DNA from: Octopus vulgaris
Taxonomy: Eukaryota
Length of the DNA: 64,000 nt
Assembly (NCBI GenBank): GCA_951406725.2
Contig: OX597818.1
Location: 88,784,001-88,848,000 of the forward strand
Direction of reading: 5' to 3'
A program made the translations under genes and the position numbers. The notes beneath the pieces are model-generated. The model was not told the origin of the DNA and did no database searches. It saw nothing but the letters and a program-made list of their open reading frames with translations. Shown piece by piece: positions 16,567 through 29,788 of the stretch (the first letter of the stretch is position 1; each line of letters begins with the position of its first letter).

Positions 16567-16938
16567 CTCATTGAAATTGAGAAAATGTGGCATCTCAAGG
16601 CGGTTACAATACCAGTGATCGTAGGAGCACTAGGAATGATCAAGAAGGGAACCGAAAATTATATGAGAATGATCCCTGGCTTACCATCCCTGCAAGAAGT
16701 GCAAAAGATTGTCTTAACTGGTACATCACACGTATTGAGAAGAGCATTGTCGGTGTGAGAACTGTTGCTGCTCATGTATTTTAATTTAACTTTAAAAAAA
16801 TTTTTTTTTTAAATGAACGAACTATTGAGTTTGGTTTAATGGCCTACCAATGTATACTATAAGTTTCTTTGCCCTAGGAGTCGGGAAGACACGCGGCAAG
16901 AAATGGAAGCAAATTTGAAAGAAGAAAAAAAAAAAAAT
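16567..16938 (+). mobile_element. Second, shorter Dong/R4-like 3' fragment
   Basis: LIEIEKMWHLKAVTIPVIVGALGMIKKG...RRALSV*; 3' UTR homologous to the first copy; flanked by (TAA)n. Confidence 0.85.
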
Positions 16939-17493
16939 AATAATAATAATAATAATTTCTTCCGAATAATAGCTGCAGCATCATCAATAACAAGTGCAGA
17001 AGTACTAGAACGAGAAGAAGCACGAACAGGAGGAAAAGGGTGAGCAAGAAGGAGAGTAAGAACAACGGTGAACATAAGACGAGGAGATGGTCCGTCGATA
17101 CCGAAAAGAAAAGAAAAGAAGGGAGAAAATTGTGTCGTACGTAATTACAGAAGATTCATACGATGTTATTTGGTTAAACGTAGTGACGTCAGAATTAATT
17201 AGTAACGGAGGCCATATTGGATTAACTTCAGACCATTAACAGGGAATCTTGAAGCAATGCACAAACAAGAACGTGTGCGCGCACACACACACACGCACAA
17301 ATACAAATACAGGCGCGCATATACACTCGTAAGAAACCAAATAAACGTACACATGCCCAAATACACACACATTCACACGTATGAAATTCACAGAAATTGT
17401 AAAACAAAATATTACACACTAATAGACCAGACATACATCTTAACCATGATATACATGTGTGTGCGTGTGTGTGTGTGTATATATATATGTATA

Positions 17494-17534
<41 letters not shown>

Positions 17535-18019
17535 CTGTATGTATATGCATATATATATATATATATTATATGTGTTCTTTTCTTTTATTTGTCATTTAAC
17601 TGCGGTCATGCTGGAGCACCGCCTTTAGTCGAATAAATTGACCCCAAGACTTATTCTTTGTAAGACTAGTACTTCTTCGATTGGCGTCTTTTGCCGAACT
17701 GCTAAGTTACAGGAACGCAAACACACCGACATTGGTTGTCAAGTGATTGTGGATGGACAAATGCAAACACATAAATACATACATACATACATACATACAT
17801 ACATACATACATACATACATACATACATACGTACGTACGTACGTACGTACATACATACATACATACATACATACATACATACATACATACGTACATACAT
17901 ACATAAATACATACATACATACTTACATACATACTTACATACATGCATACATACATACGTACATACATACATACATACATACATACATACATACATACAT
18001 ACATACATACATACATACA

Positions 18020-18053
<34 letters not shown>

Positions 18054-18069
18054 GATACATACATATTCT

Positions 18070-18311
18070 TTTATTCTTTTAACTGTTTCAATCGTTCGAT
18101 TGCAGCCTTGCTGGGGCACCACCTTAAGGTGTTTTAGTCAAACAAATCGAATCCAGGACGTATTCTTTGTAAACCTAGTACTTATTCTAACGGTCTCTTG
18201 TGCAGAGCCGCTAGTTACGTGAACGGAAACACACCAACATCTGTTGTGAAGCGATGATGGTGGTGGTGGAGACAAGTACAGACTCGAACACACAACTACA
18301 CACACACACAC

Positions 18312-18351
<40 letters not shown>

Positions 18352-18503
18352 GACGAGCTTCATTCAGTTTCCGTCTACTTACAGGGCTTTGGTCAGCTCG
18401 AGGCTATAGTAGAAGAGACTTGCCCAAGGAGTCAAGCAGTGAGACTGAACCCAGAACCATGTGATTGGGAAGTAAGTTTCTTACCACGCAGCCACGCCTG
18501 CGC
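18070..18503 (-). mobile_element. SINE family A (plus 3' fragment at ~17578-17770)
   Basis: Homology to the 6196 copy. Confidence 0.75.
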
Positions 18504-18565
18504 ATATACACACACAGAGAGACACACACACATAGATAGATCGATCGATCGATCGATAGATGGAT

Positions 18566-18608
<43 letters not shown>

Positions 18609-18637
18609 TAGATAGATAGATAGAGAGATAGATAGAT

Positions 18638-18754
<117 letters not shown>

Positions 18755-19461
18755 TTCAGATGGATGGATGGATGGATACATACATACACAATACATACAT
18801 ACATACATACATACATACATACATACATACATACATACATACATACATACATACCTACATACACACACACATACACATACATACACATATGCATGCATAT
18901 ATGCCTATGTATAAGATAGATCTGCTGCATCCAGTCGTGGGTCTCTGGTTTAGGAGTTCCATGATTTTGAGATGTTTGGAACCACCTCTTATCTACCTTT
19001 ACCCACAAGCTCTTCTGTGACCTTGCGTCGTACCACATGGCAGCGTCCCAGCCATGGGTTAAATGATATACGAGCAGGTTGGTATCCGAGGGCGCAGCAA
19101 GCTCGTCGTTAGTGAAGGTCACCTGGACGTTTTCAAGACATCCATCTAGGAGAAAGCTAACTCGTATATGAAACCCGTTGCTCAACCGAACAGGATATCT
19201 TAAACTTTGCTTATCTTTGGGCTTCTTGTCATTTCGAGTGAGAATCGTTGTGCAAGCTGCACTCGACCTGCAACCCTTTTCGTAAGTACTGTTGACATTT
19301 ACCTGCAAGTGTTGATTATGCTCAGGGGTCCTGAACCATTTTTGACCTATGGACGCTTTTGATTCCTCTTTTCCTCGGATGGACCGCCATAGCAATTCGA
19401 TGTTTAAAAACACCTATTGTATTTTTATAGTTAAATATTTTTAGGAATTACTCTTGTTAAC

Positions 19462-19663
19462 ACTTTTACTAGGTTTCAGTCATCTGATAGCGGCCATGCT
19501 GGAGCGCCGCCTTCAGTCGAATAAATCGATTCCAGGACTTATACTTTGTAAGCCCACTACTTATTCAATCGTTCCCTTTTTCCGAACTGCTAAATAACGG
19601 GGACGTAAACATACCAACATCACATCGGTTGTCAAGCGATGGTAGGCGGACAAACACAGACAC

Positions 19664-19741
<78 letters not shown>

Positions 19742-19905
19742 CGATGGACTTCTTTCAGTTTCCCTCTACCAAATCCACTCAAAAGGCTTTGGTCGGCCCG
19801 AGGCTATTGTAGAAGACACTTGCTCAAGGTGCCACGCAGAGGGGCTGAAAGCAGAACCGTATGGTTGGTGAGCAAACTACTTACCACACACCCACTCTTA
19901 CGCTT
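19462..19905 (-). mobile_element. SINE family A
   Basis: Homology to the 6196 copy; internal (TA)n. Confidence 0.8.
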
Positions 19906-20030
19906 ATGAATTGTATAAAAATTAAGGTAGGTTGTGTATTCTATATAGCCAATTTATTGCACAAACTTTACTGATCTGAAGCACAGTTTTTCATGGCCCC
20001 TCAAACGTTACCGTGGATAACCAATTTATT

Positions 20031-20609
20031 GCCCACACGTGGCTAAACATAGAGGACGAAGGGATCAAGTCGATTACATCGACCCCAGTGTGTAACTAGC
20101 AATTATTTAATCAACCTCGAAAGGATGAATGGCAAAGTCGACCTCGGCAGATTTTGAACTCAGAACGTAACGGCAGACGAAACACCTATGTCTTTACTAC
20201 CCACAAAGGGCTAAACAAAGAGACGACAAACAAGGACAGACAAACGGATTAAGTCGATTATATCGACCCCAGTGTGTAACTGGTACTTATTTAATCCACC
20301 CCGAAAGGATGAAAGGCAAAGTCGATCTCGGCGGAATTTGAACTCAGAACGTAGCGGCAGACGAAATACCTATTTCTTTACTACCCACAAAGGGCTAAAC
20401 AAAGAAAGGACAAACAAGGACAGACAAGTGGATTAAGTCGATCATATCGACCCCAGTGCGTAACTGGTACTTAATTTATCGACCCCGAAAGGATGAAAAG
20501 CAAATTCTCGGCAAATTCTCGGCGGAATTTAAACTCAGAACGTTGCGACAGACGAAATATCGCTAAGCATTTCGCCCGGCATGCTAACGATTCTGCCAGC
20601 TCGCCGCCC
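20031..20609 (-). mobile_element. Head-to-tail trimer of SINE family B (~183-bp period)
   Basis: Three repeats of aagtcga.....atcgaccccagtg.gtaact...cgaaaggatgaa...aactcagaacgt; only the rightmost copy has the head. Confidence 0.85.
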
Positions 20610-20889
20610 TTCCCCAATTTATCATATTGCATCTGTGGTCCCCACCACTAAAACAAAAATCTTACATGGAGCCCCACCCCATCCCACGAGGGTCGATATT
20701 GACCCCGGTTGAGAAACCACTGGTCATGTTCTTCTAACGTGTAGACAGCCATCATGTATTATAACCATATACATAGATGGTGGAAGTGTGGCAGAATCTA
20801 TCGAGCGTTGAACAAAATGCATTTTGGTATTTGTTCTGCTTTTTATGTTTCTGAGTTCAATATACGCAAAATTTGCCTTTCATCATCAT

Positions 20890-21503
20890 AAATAAGACCA
20901 CCACCACCACCACAACCAAATTTCACAAAAGATGCATGCATTATAACAATCACAGTACGGCCACCCACCCACTTAGTCGTCCACACCACACTATTAACAC
21001 TAGCACCGCCACTGCCATCAGCACCACCACCACAGCAACTACCACCACCACCTCCACCAATACAAACACCACCATCACCACCACCACCACCACCACCACC
21101 ACAGCCAGCACCAACCCAACCGCCACCACCACACCTACCACCAACATCACTACCACCACAACCACCACCACCGCAACCACCACCACCACCATCACCACTA
21201 TAATTATAAGCACAACTATTACGAATAACACCACCTTTAGCAAATTAAAACTACCTCTAACAATACGAAAACAGATATACAATACCCACCCAACAATATA
21301 TTGAAAGACAAAACGCCACCACCACCACCACCACCACCACCTTCATCACTGCCAACACTTTCAAAAACTACAACATCAATAACAACAACACAAACAACAT
21401 CATCAATGCGATCGATGCTCAAAAGAATAAGAAATATCAAAGGAATATGGTAGGATATATATTTATACATATATTTTACCCAGGGGAATAAGAGTACGTA
21501 TAT

Positions 21504-21552
<49 letters not shown>

Positions 21553-21563
21553 GGTGGTGGTGT

Positions 21564-21597
<34 letters not shown>

Positions 21598-21870
21598 GGT
21601 GGTGGTGGTGGTGGTGGTGGTGGTGATGGTGGTGATGGTGGTGGTGGTGGTGATGATGATGATGACCACGATGACGTTGATGATGATGATGATTTCGGCG
21701 ATGATGTTGATGATGATGATGATGATTACGACGTTGACGTTGATGATGTTGAAGATGATGATGATGATGACGATGATGATGACGAGACGACGGCGGTGAT
21801 GGGCATGATGGTAGTGACTGTGATGATGATGATGATGATGATGATGAGTATGATAATGATGATGATGCTA
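20890..21870. repeat. (CAC)n-rich array followed by a (GAT/GGT)n array
   Basis: Directly visible; source of the poly-T/H/M/V ORFs. Confidence 0.9.
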
Positions 21871-22687
21871 ATTGTTGTGATGGTTTGTATGTTGGTGGTG
21901 AAAAGCAGCAAAATAAAGACACAAGTGATGCATATGTACGTACACATTCTGTCTCTCTCTCTCACACACACACATACGCACGTTCACATGTACATATAAT
22001 GTTTATATGCATATAGTGTGAGCCCTTATATCCATTACAAATAATGCTGCCAACCGGTTATTGTTATCAAAGTTGGCGGAGATCATATTCTTTTTATCTG
22101 ATTGCTATGCGTGAAATTCCAAACTGTTCCGAAGTGAACCTTGGACATTTCACAAATATGCATACATACATATAAGGTCCTTTCACACACGCATATACAG
22201 AGGTACAAAGCGCGCGCATAAAGGCTAGTCTTTTTTTAAGACGAACCACTAAGTTATTGGGACGTAAGCACTCAAACACCGGTTGTCAGGTGGTAGATCG
22301 GGAGCAAACAAACACAATGACACACACACAAATATATAGTACTGACCATTTCCCAGCTCCCACACCACACACCATCACACCACGTTATGCCACACCATAA
22401 CCAAGAAGACACTTGCCCAAGGTGCCACGAAGTGAGACCGAACCCGGAGCCATGAGGTTGGTAAGCAAGATACCTATCACGCAGCCACTCCCGCGCCTAT
22501 ATGTATGTATATATATATTTTTTATTTAGCAGAAGTAACACAGTGGCTCAAGGTCAAAGAGTTTCGTGCGTTAGCACTTACCATAAAACTCTCAGACCTT
22601 GAGTCACTCTGTTACGTCTGCTAAATAAAAATATTAAACATGTACTAATAGTCTGAGTTCTACTTTTCCTGTTTGCATCAACATACC

Positions 22688-22719
<32 letters not shown>

Positions 22720-22848
22720 ACGGGAAGCTTTATGAAAATAGACAAAAGACGAAGGCAGGTTTACGGAAATAAACAAAAGACGAAGGCAGGTGGAATACAA
22801 ACAAACAATTGTATTAGTATGGCGCTCAGGAAATATAAATAAAACAAG

Positions 22849-22886
22849 TCTTTAACGTTTCGAGCCTACGCTCTTCAACAAAAAGA
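22849..22886 (-). ncRNA. Degenerate minimal type-I hammerhead-like motif
   Basis: rc: ucuuu UUGUUGA A GAGC guag GCUC GAAA CG UU aaaga; stems intact but the core deviates (C3U without A8, A6U). Confidence 0.5.
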
Positions 22887-23272
22887 TACACAGAGAAGAA
22901 ACACAGAAAGAAGGAGAGAAAAAAAAATGCGTGCAGAAGCTAGCGAATCAACATGGCGACCTGATTTCGGCCAGAAGTCAAAGATCAAACGTGAGACGCA
23001 AGAGCGAAATTAGGGGAGATAATAGGGTTAAATGACATATAAGATGCTAGAAGTAGATCCGTTATGGTCTTACCACTAAGAGAGGAATGTTCTCAAGAAA
23101 GCTCAGCAAAGGCCAGAACGTAAGCGAGCAAGGTAAATGAAAAGAAACAACCTTCTTATATGTATGTAATATGATTTTTCTGAATCTTCAGATTTTAATA
23201 TGCTAGACCACTGGTTTTAAATTGATATTAATCAGATTAGTATTCAATTTTTCACCCTTATTATTTGAAATT

Positions 23273-23327
<55 letters not shown>

Positions 23328-23348
23328 TATATATACACACACACACAC

Positions 23349-23411
<63 letters not shown>

Positions 23412-23754
23412 CGCACATGCACACCAGCATGTAAGTATGCGTTTCTATGCATGGAAATATTTTACATATTTATCTTGAAAGAGAGCAGGGTGGTATTTGA
23501 GGAGAGACTGAGTTACAAAGAAAATTGAAACAAAGACACAAAAGGAAGAAAGGAAAGCAAGAAAGTAGGTAAGAATGAAAGAAAGAAAGAAAGAAAGTCT
23601 AACTGAGTCATGTGGGACATATAGCCGGCCTTTCTATACAACAACTATTTCATTATATTATAGGTTAAGAAAAAAATAGGGTTCTTAAAATGAGTACAGA
23701 CAATCAAAGACCAAGGAACAGATTAAAAATTGGCTGCTGTAATCGTTGTTGTTG

Positions 23755-23786
<32 letters not shown>

Positions 23787-25678
23787 GGTGGTGGTGGTGT
23801 TATAGCGAAATGTGTTGGCCTTCTTCATGCTGCACGTATATTTACTATTGTTCTTGTAGAAAAAAAAGCTACGCCTTCTTTCTTTTTTGTTCTGTGCTGT
23901 ATCATATGTTTATCCGTGCATCCATACATGAAGGAATATGTATGTGTGTGTGTTTGTGTGTGTTTATGTGTGTGTTTGTGTGTGTGTGCGTGTCTGTCTG
24001 TGTTTGTGTATGTATGTGTGTGCGTATGAACGTGTGTATTTGTGTGTGTGTGTGTGTGTGTATACTCGTGTTTTGGATATGTGCGTGCGTTTGTGTTGTG
24101 TTTGTGTGTGTGTGCGTATGAACGTGTGTATTTGTGTGTGTGTGTGTATACTCGTGTTTTGGATATGTGCGTGCGTTTGTGTTGTGGTTGTGTGTGTGCG
24201 CGCGTGTGCTTGTTTCTGTGTGTCTGTGTTGGTGTATGCATGCGTGTGCGTGTGTATTTGTGTGTGTGTGTGTGTGTGTGTATGTATTCGTGTTTTGGGT
24301 ATGTGCGTGTGTTTGTGTTGTGCATGTGGGAATGTGCGCGTGCGTGGCTTGTGTTTCGTGTGTCTGCGTGTGTGAGTGTATGCGTGTGCGTATGTATTTA
24401 TGTGTGTGCGTAAGTGTATCTGTGTGCGTCTGTGCGTGTCTGTGTTTGTGTATGTGTGTGTGTGCGTGTGTTATGCATGCGTGTATATGTGCGCGCGTGC
24501 GTTTGCTTGTATTTTTGTGTGTCTGTGTTTGCGTGTGTATATACGTGTGCGTGTGTATATACGTGTGCGTGTGTATATACGTGTGCGTGTGTATATACGT
24601 GTGCGTGTGTATATACGTGTGCGTGTGTATTTGTGTGTATGCGCGAGTGTTTATTTTTGTGTGGTTGTGTGCATGTGTGCATGTGTGCATGATTGTGTGT
24701 GCGATTGTGCGCGCATGTGTGTGTGTTTAGCTATATACGAGATGGAATCAAAAAGTTCTCGGACTAGTTCTGTAGCGCACCAACAGATGGCAGCACATGG
24801 TTGCGTGCGCAATGAAATCTAGCAGTGACCTTCATGAGAGAGTCTGCCGAATGACAAAAGTTTATCTTTGTGTGATCACGTGTATGCCGAAGTTTACGAT
24901 TTTGTCATTGACAAGAACAAAGATCCAACGAGAAATTTTGCGTTAAACTGGAGAACTCTGCTGCAGAGATATTGAGTATGTATGTGCACGCATGCAAACA
25001 AGTGGCCCAAAATGGTAATATAACCGTACATGAATAAGTCCCGGTGTCGATTTCTTCGACTAAAACCCTTTAACGCGGTGCTCCAGCATGGCAACAGTCA
25101 AATGAATGAAACAGGTACAAAAATGAAAGAATATTTCGTACATATGCAGGACATGCAGAAACATGATTATCTTTTAATTGTAACAAGGAACAAGTATGCA
25201 TATGTACGTTATACTTACGTATAATCCCACGATTATCGCGTGTGGTACGTCCCAGAACCTCCCACAGAAATAATTAAAATTAAAAAATATATAAATACCT
25301 ATCGGCCGCAGAAACCCGCGATATACTGAGGAGTCCGCGATATAGATTTACATATGTTAGTCAGAAAAATATGCGATGTACTGAGTGCGCAATAGGTGAA
25401 CCGTGATGTACAGAGTACGTGATAGGTGAACCGCGATATGGCGAGGGATTACTGTATACACGTTTAAACACACACAGCAAACATGCACCCTATTGCTTTA
25501 CATACACGCACAAGCACATGACGAGTATCCTCGGACAAGCACCCACACAGTAACAGAAAACAATGACACATGCACACGTATACACACACACAAACACACA
25601 CAGCATATGCAAACATACTAGCTTTATTTACACACGCGTGCATACACATGCACGCTCACACATGTCAGATAGCCTCAT

Positions 25679-25721
<43 letters not shown>

Positions 25722-25756
25722 TGCATACACACACACAAACACACAACGCATACAGG

Positions 25757-27035
25757 CAATAAGCGTTGTTTTGTGGTCTTGAAGACGAAGGTCCCGAGTT
25801 GTTCTATCAGGCACTATTTTGCAAATCCTTTTTGCTAAATTGAAGGGGATGTTTATTTTGATGTGTTTCGGGTGGCATGAGTTAAAGAGAAGATATTGTT
25901 TTGAATCAGTTGGTAACTCGGGACCTTCGTCTTCAAGACCTCAAAACAACGCTTATTGAAAGACAATATCCACCCTCTCTTATCGACAAGGGAATTAAAC
26001 GTGCCAAACAGTTAGACACAAAAGCACTAAGAACAACAAAACATAATACCACACCTCAACTCAAAACATTGCTATTTATATCAACACACAACCCCAGAAA
26101 CAGTGAGGCATTCAACACTATTGTGCAAACTCTTCCTTTACTAACTAGAGATCCAAAAATGAACGACATCCTGAAAACACACAAACTCATCAAATGCAAA
26201 AAACAAGACAAATCGCTAAAGAGACTACTAACAAATGCGAAGCTTTACAAAACAACCACGAATCAACGGTTGAAAAATGTGGACGCCCAAACTGTAGAAC
26301 CTGCTCCAACCTGCTTGAAGGATCGGATTTCCTTTTCAGACAAGAACAGAGGTTCACAATTAAAACTAGTTTCACTTGTGCCTCAGAGAACCTAATTTAT
26401 ATAATAACCTGCTCGGGTTGCGGACACAACTATATTGGACATACGAGTATGACCTTGAGAAAGAGAACCACTCTACATAAAAAGCAAATCCGTTTCCCGC
26501 AATACAGGCAAATTCCTCTCAGTGAACATATAGAAAAATGTGCAGATAACATCAAACCAAATTTCACAGTCTTCCCCTTCTACCAGTGCAAAGACACAAT
26601 CTCTCCACTAGAACGTTTAAATAAAGAAACTTTTTTCATTGAAAATACAGAACACGTCTTAATATGCACGCATAACCAACTTTTATCTTTTTACATATTT
26701 CAATTCACGATTACATCACTGTACATAAATCACCTCACTAAACAAGGTTTCGAAACTTGTTTTTGTCTTTACGAAAGCTGAACAGTTATCTCCCTTATCC
26801 ACAACAATAACAATAATAACGTTAACCAATTACCTCCCTTTATTTATCTACTTGTGAAGTCATTCACTCATGAATTTCATGACACACAACATGGACAAAA
26901 TTTCTTCTTAAGAAAAAATGCATATTCAAACAAGCAGAACATAATATCATGAATAGCGATAGCAAAACCGGTCGATATATTAAAAATTATATTAAAACTA
27001 TGTAAGTGTGCGTATTTTCCTTTTTTAATTTCTTA
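25757..27035 (+). mobile_element. 5'-truncated, 5'-inverted Penelope-like element (RT thumb + Cys linker + GIY-YIG endonuclease; Neptune-like), frameshifted
   Basis: RLQDLKTTLIERQYP..LLFISTHNP; C-GRPN-C-RT-C linker; NLIYIITCSGCGHNYIGHT (GIY-YIG), R..LH, EH, RLNKETFFI; inverted piece 25757-25914 encodes PTDSKQYLLFNSCHPKHIKINIPFNLAKRI; ends at (TA)n. Confidence 0.88.
26944..26978 (+). ncRNA. Minimal hammerhead (A3-U8 variant) in the PLE 3' region; G12A
   Basis: auauc AUGAAUA GC gaua GC AAAA CCGG UC gauau; palindromic stem III; CG to CA at G12 is consistent with CpG decay. Confidence 0.6.
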
Positions 27036-27141
27036 TATATATATGTATATATATATATATATAATTTTAAAATGTGTTATGATTATTATTGGATAAAATC
27101 CTATATAAACCCAAGTACCAGTTAAAAAATGGAGAAGAGAA

Positions 27142-27269
27142 TTCATACGATCGTTTCGAATGATAATACTCACATGCAAGAAAACATGGAAAAATCAAAT
27201 TAATTATGATAATAATTAAACTAATAATTAAATTAAATTAATTAGGTATTACCATTCTCTTCAGTGGAA
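27142..27269 (-). ncRNA. Minimal type-I hammerhead with canonical core and long AU-rich loop II
   Basis: rc: uucca CUGAAGA GAAUGGUAAUAC...GUAUUAUCAUUC GAAA CGAUCG UA ugaa; 12-bp stem II, palindromic stem III, weak stem I. Confidence 0.72.
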
Positions 27270-28074
27270 AAAATTAATAAAACATCAAAAAAGGTATTAA
27301 GAAAAGAATATTACAATAAAACTACAGAGAACCTGTGTCGAATAAAGTTGATCTGATATTCATAACAAGAATGTGAAATAGGGAAAAGTGATATAGGAAC
27401 ATGTTAATGTAGTGTTGAGTCTATCTGTGTAAGAATCTATTTATGTTATCGAGAAACTTACATCAGTAAAATTATTGTCCTTATTCACGAAATATCAGTG
27501 GTAACTCTATAGCCTACATGAGACACACACACACGCAAACAAATTGCGCTTAAACACGAACTATCAGTAAGTCAACTATCTTGTAAATATAGGAAGTTAT
27601 AAGTACATTGGAATATCTAAGCTAAGTTTGTGTTAATCTTAGTTATTATACCACAGACATTATACTATCTTATTTTCCAATGCACCAGATTTAAGACTAA
27701 AAATATTCTAGCCTTTTCCCCCCAGGAATACGTTATCCCATGAAGTTTTCTTGTCTTTTTTATTGTTTCTTTCCAAGATGGTAAAATGTAACTTAGACAG
27801 ATTTGTCCGTTAATTCTAATAGTTCGAATGACCGTTTTTCGTTGAAATTACCGACTGTTCCGCCTATTGTGCTATTGATCTTGTTAGTCTTCGATGAATT
27901 ACTAATTTTATAAAAATATCCTTCTCCTCAAGAAGAAACCATAAAAATACACCATACTTCCATCAACAAATCTAACCATGTGTCTATACACCCAGCCTTC
28001 CAGCCATTCATATACATATACACACGCACACACACACATGTATACATGTGTGTGTATATACATAGACATATATT

Positions 28075-28110
<36 letters not shown>

Positions 28111-28407
28111 GCATTTACTTACATATGAGTGAGTGTGTGTAAATATATAGAAATATATAGATAGATAAGTAGAGAGACAGACAGATAGATAAATAGATAG
28201 ATGCATGTATTTATATGTATAGAATCATAGATACAAGCATACTTTCACACATACATACATATATGTATACATGCATGCATACATACACACGCACATACAT
28301 ACATACATACATACATGCATACATACATACATACATACATACATTCATACATACATACATACATGCATGCATGCATACATACATACATACATACATACAT
28401 ACATACA

Positions 28408-28439
<32 letters not shown>

Positions 28440-28849
28440 AACAAACATTCAAGCATACAAACATGCTAGATGGCATCTGTGATCGATCTATTTGGTTACA
28501 GACCTCCTAACACGAAGCGAAGCCCTCAATTTGTGAGATATTGAATGTCCTGCTGTATTGTGTTACAATTGCTGTTCGCTAACAGAATAACAGAGATCGA
28601 TCGAAACGATAACACTAAACCCAAATCAAATTGTTTCTTTCCAAAGAACATCAAAAAATTTCGGGAAAAAATACATCCAACAGCTGGGCAAATGCTATCA
28701 TTGGATTCTAAATGAAAAATGAATACAGGAACCACCAGTTGCGAATTTATATTAGACTAATTCAGAATTTGTGAAGATTGCTGATCAGAATCTCTCAGAA
28801 ATAAACTAATTGCCCAGAAACCCGAACCCACAATGATAAGTCAACAACC

Positions 28850-29420
28850 GAGAAGGGACACACACAGGTAAAGTAATTGCACTTAAGCACGAAGTATCAG
28901 TGGTTAGTCAAAACATTTTATTATTGTAGGAAATTGTAAGGGCATAGGAGTAGCAACCCTAACTTTGCATAAAACTCACAAACATTATATCACAGAATGA
29001 ACGATTGTAAATTCTCCGTCGGAAGTTTTATCGTTATTTCTCCGGAAGTTTTATCATTATTCCGAGAAAAATTTGCAATGTAACTAGGTAGCACAATCGT
29101 GGAACATATGCAGATCAAGCTATGGAATGAATGATGTGTAAAAGTCTCTTCCAAAACATGCCATCTCTAGTGAAAATGTCGAACGAAAGTCACCCAAGAC
29201 AGATCAGAAATCAAGTTGTTGGTATAGGAAATTTGTTATTACTGAAAACCACGTTACCTTGTTTCAAATATTACTGGAATCTGGGTTTCATGTGCCAGAT
29301 TAGTTGGCAGTTGCACGAAGAGTATTTGAGTTTAAGAATCTTGAATCATACAAATGTCAAAAAGACAAAAAACTACAAGCCTCGCTTAAACGTTTTGTAT
29401 AAACTGTATACAAATTATTT
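28850..29420 (+). pseudogene. Possible highly degraded BEL/Pao LTR-retrotransposon integrase C-terminal remnant
   Basis: VGIGNLLLLKTTLPCFKYYWNLG...KPRLNVLYKL loosely resembles the BEL 'VGD.VLL....PR..W.LG...RP...L..L' tail. Confidence 0.3.
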
Positions 29421-29654
29421 AAATGTGTTTCTCGTACATGAATGTAAGAAAAAGGTTGTGGTGACAAATGAAGAAGCAGGCGAAATAAAAGGGGTTTAGG
29501 ACAGTCGGAAGGCTATTCGTGAACAAAACTGTTCCCGTGAAAACAGAGCGGCAGCATCGAAGTCCACCGACGATGGCAAGCCTAAAAGAAAACGTTACGC
29601 TTTTTGGGTCATGACAAAAAAAGTTACTACACCTTGTCAACATTCTGACGTTAA

Positions 29655-29788
29655 AGAATTTATCGACCCCGAAAGGATGAAAGGCAAAGTCGACCTCGGC
29701 AGAATTTGAACTCAGAATGTAACGGCAGACGAAATACCGCTAAGCATTTCGTCCGGCGCGCTAACGTTTCTGCCAGCTCGCCGCCTTA
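29655..29788 (-). mobile_element. SINE family B 5' half
   Basis: rc aaggcggcgagctggcagaaacgttagcgcgccgg... Confidence 0.8.

Noticed and set aside
20031-20609. Regularly spaced repeats as a CRISPR-like array
   Set aside because: Whole units repeat with no unique spacers; this is a SINE trimer in eukaryotic DNA.
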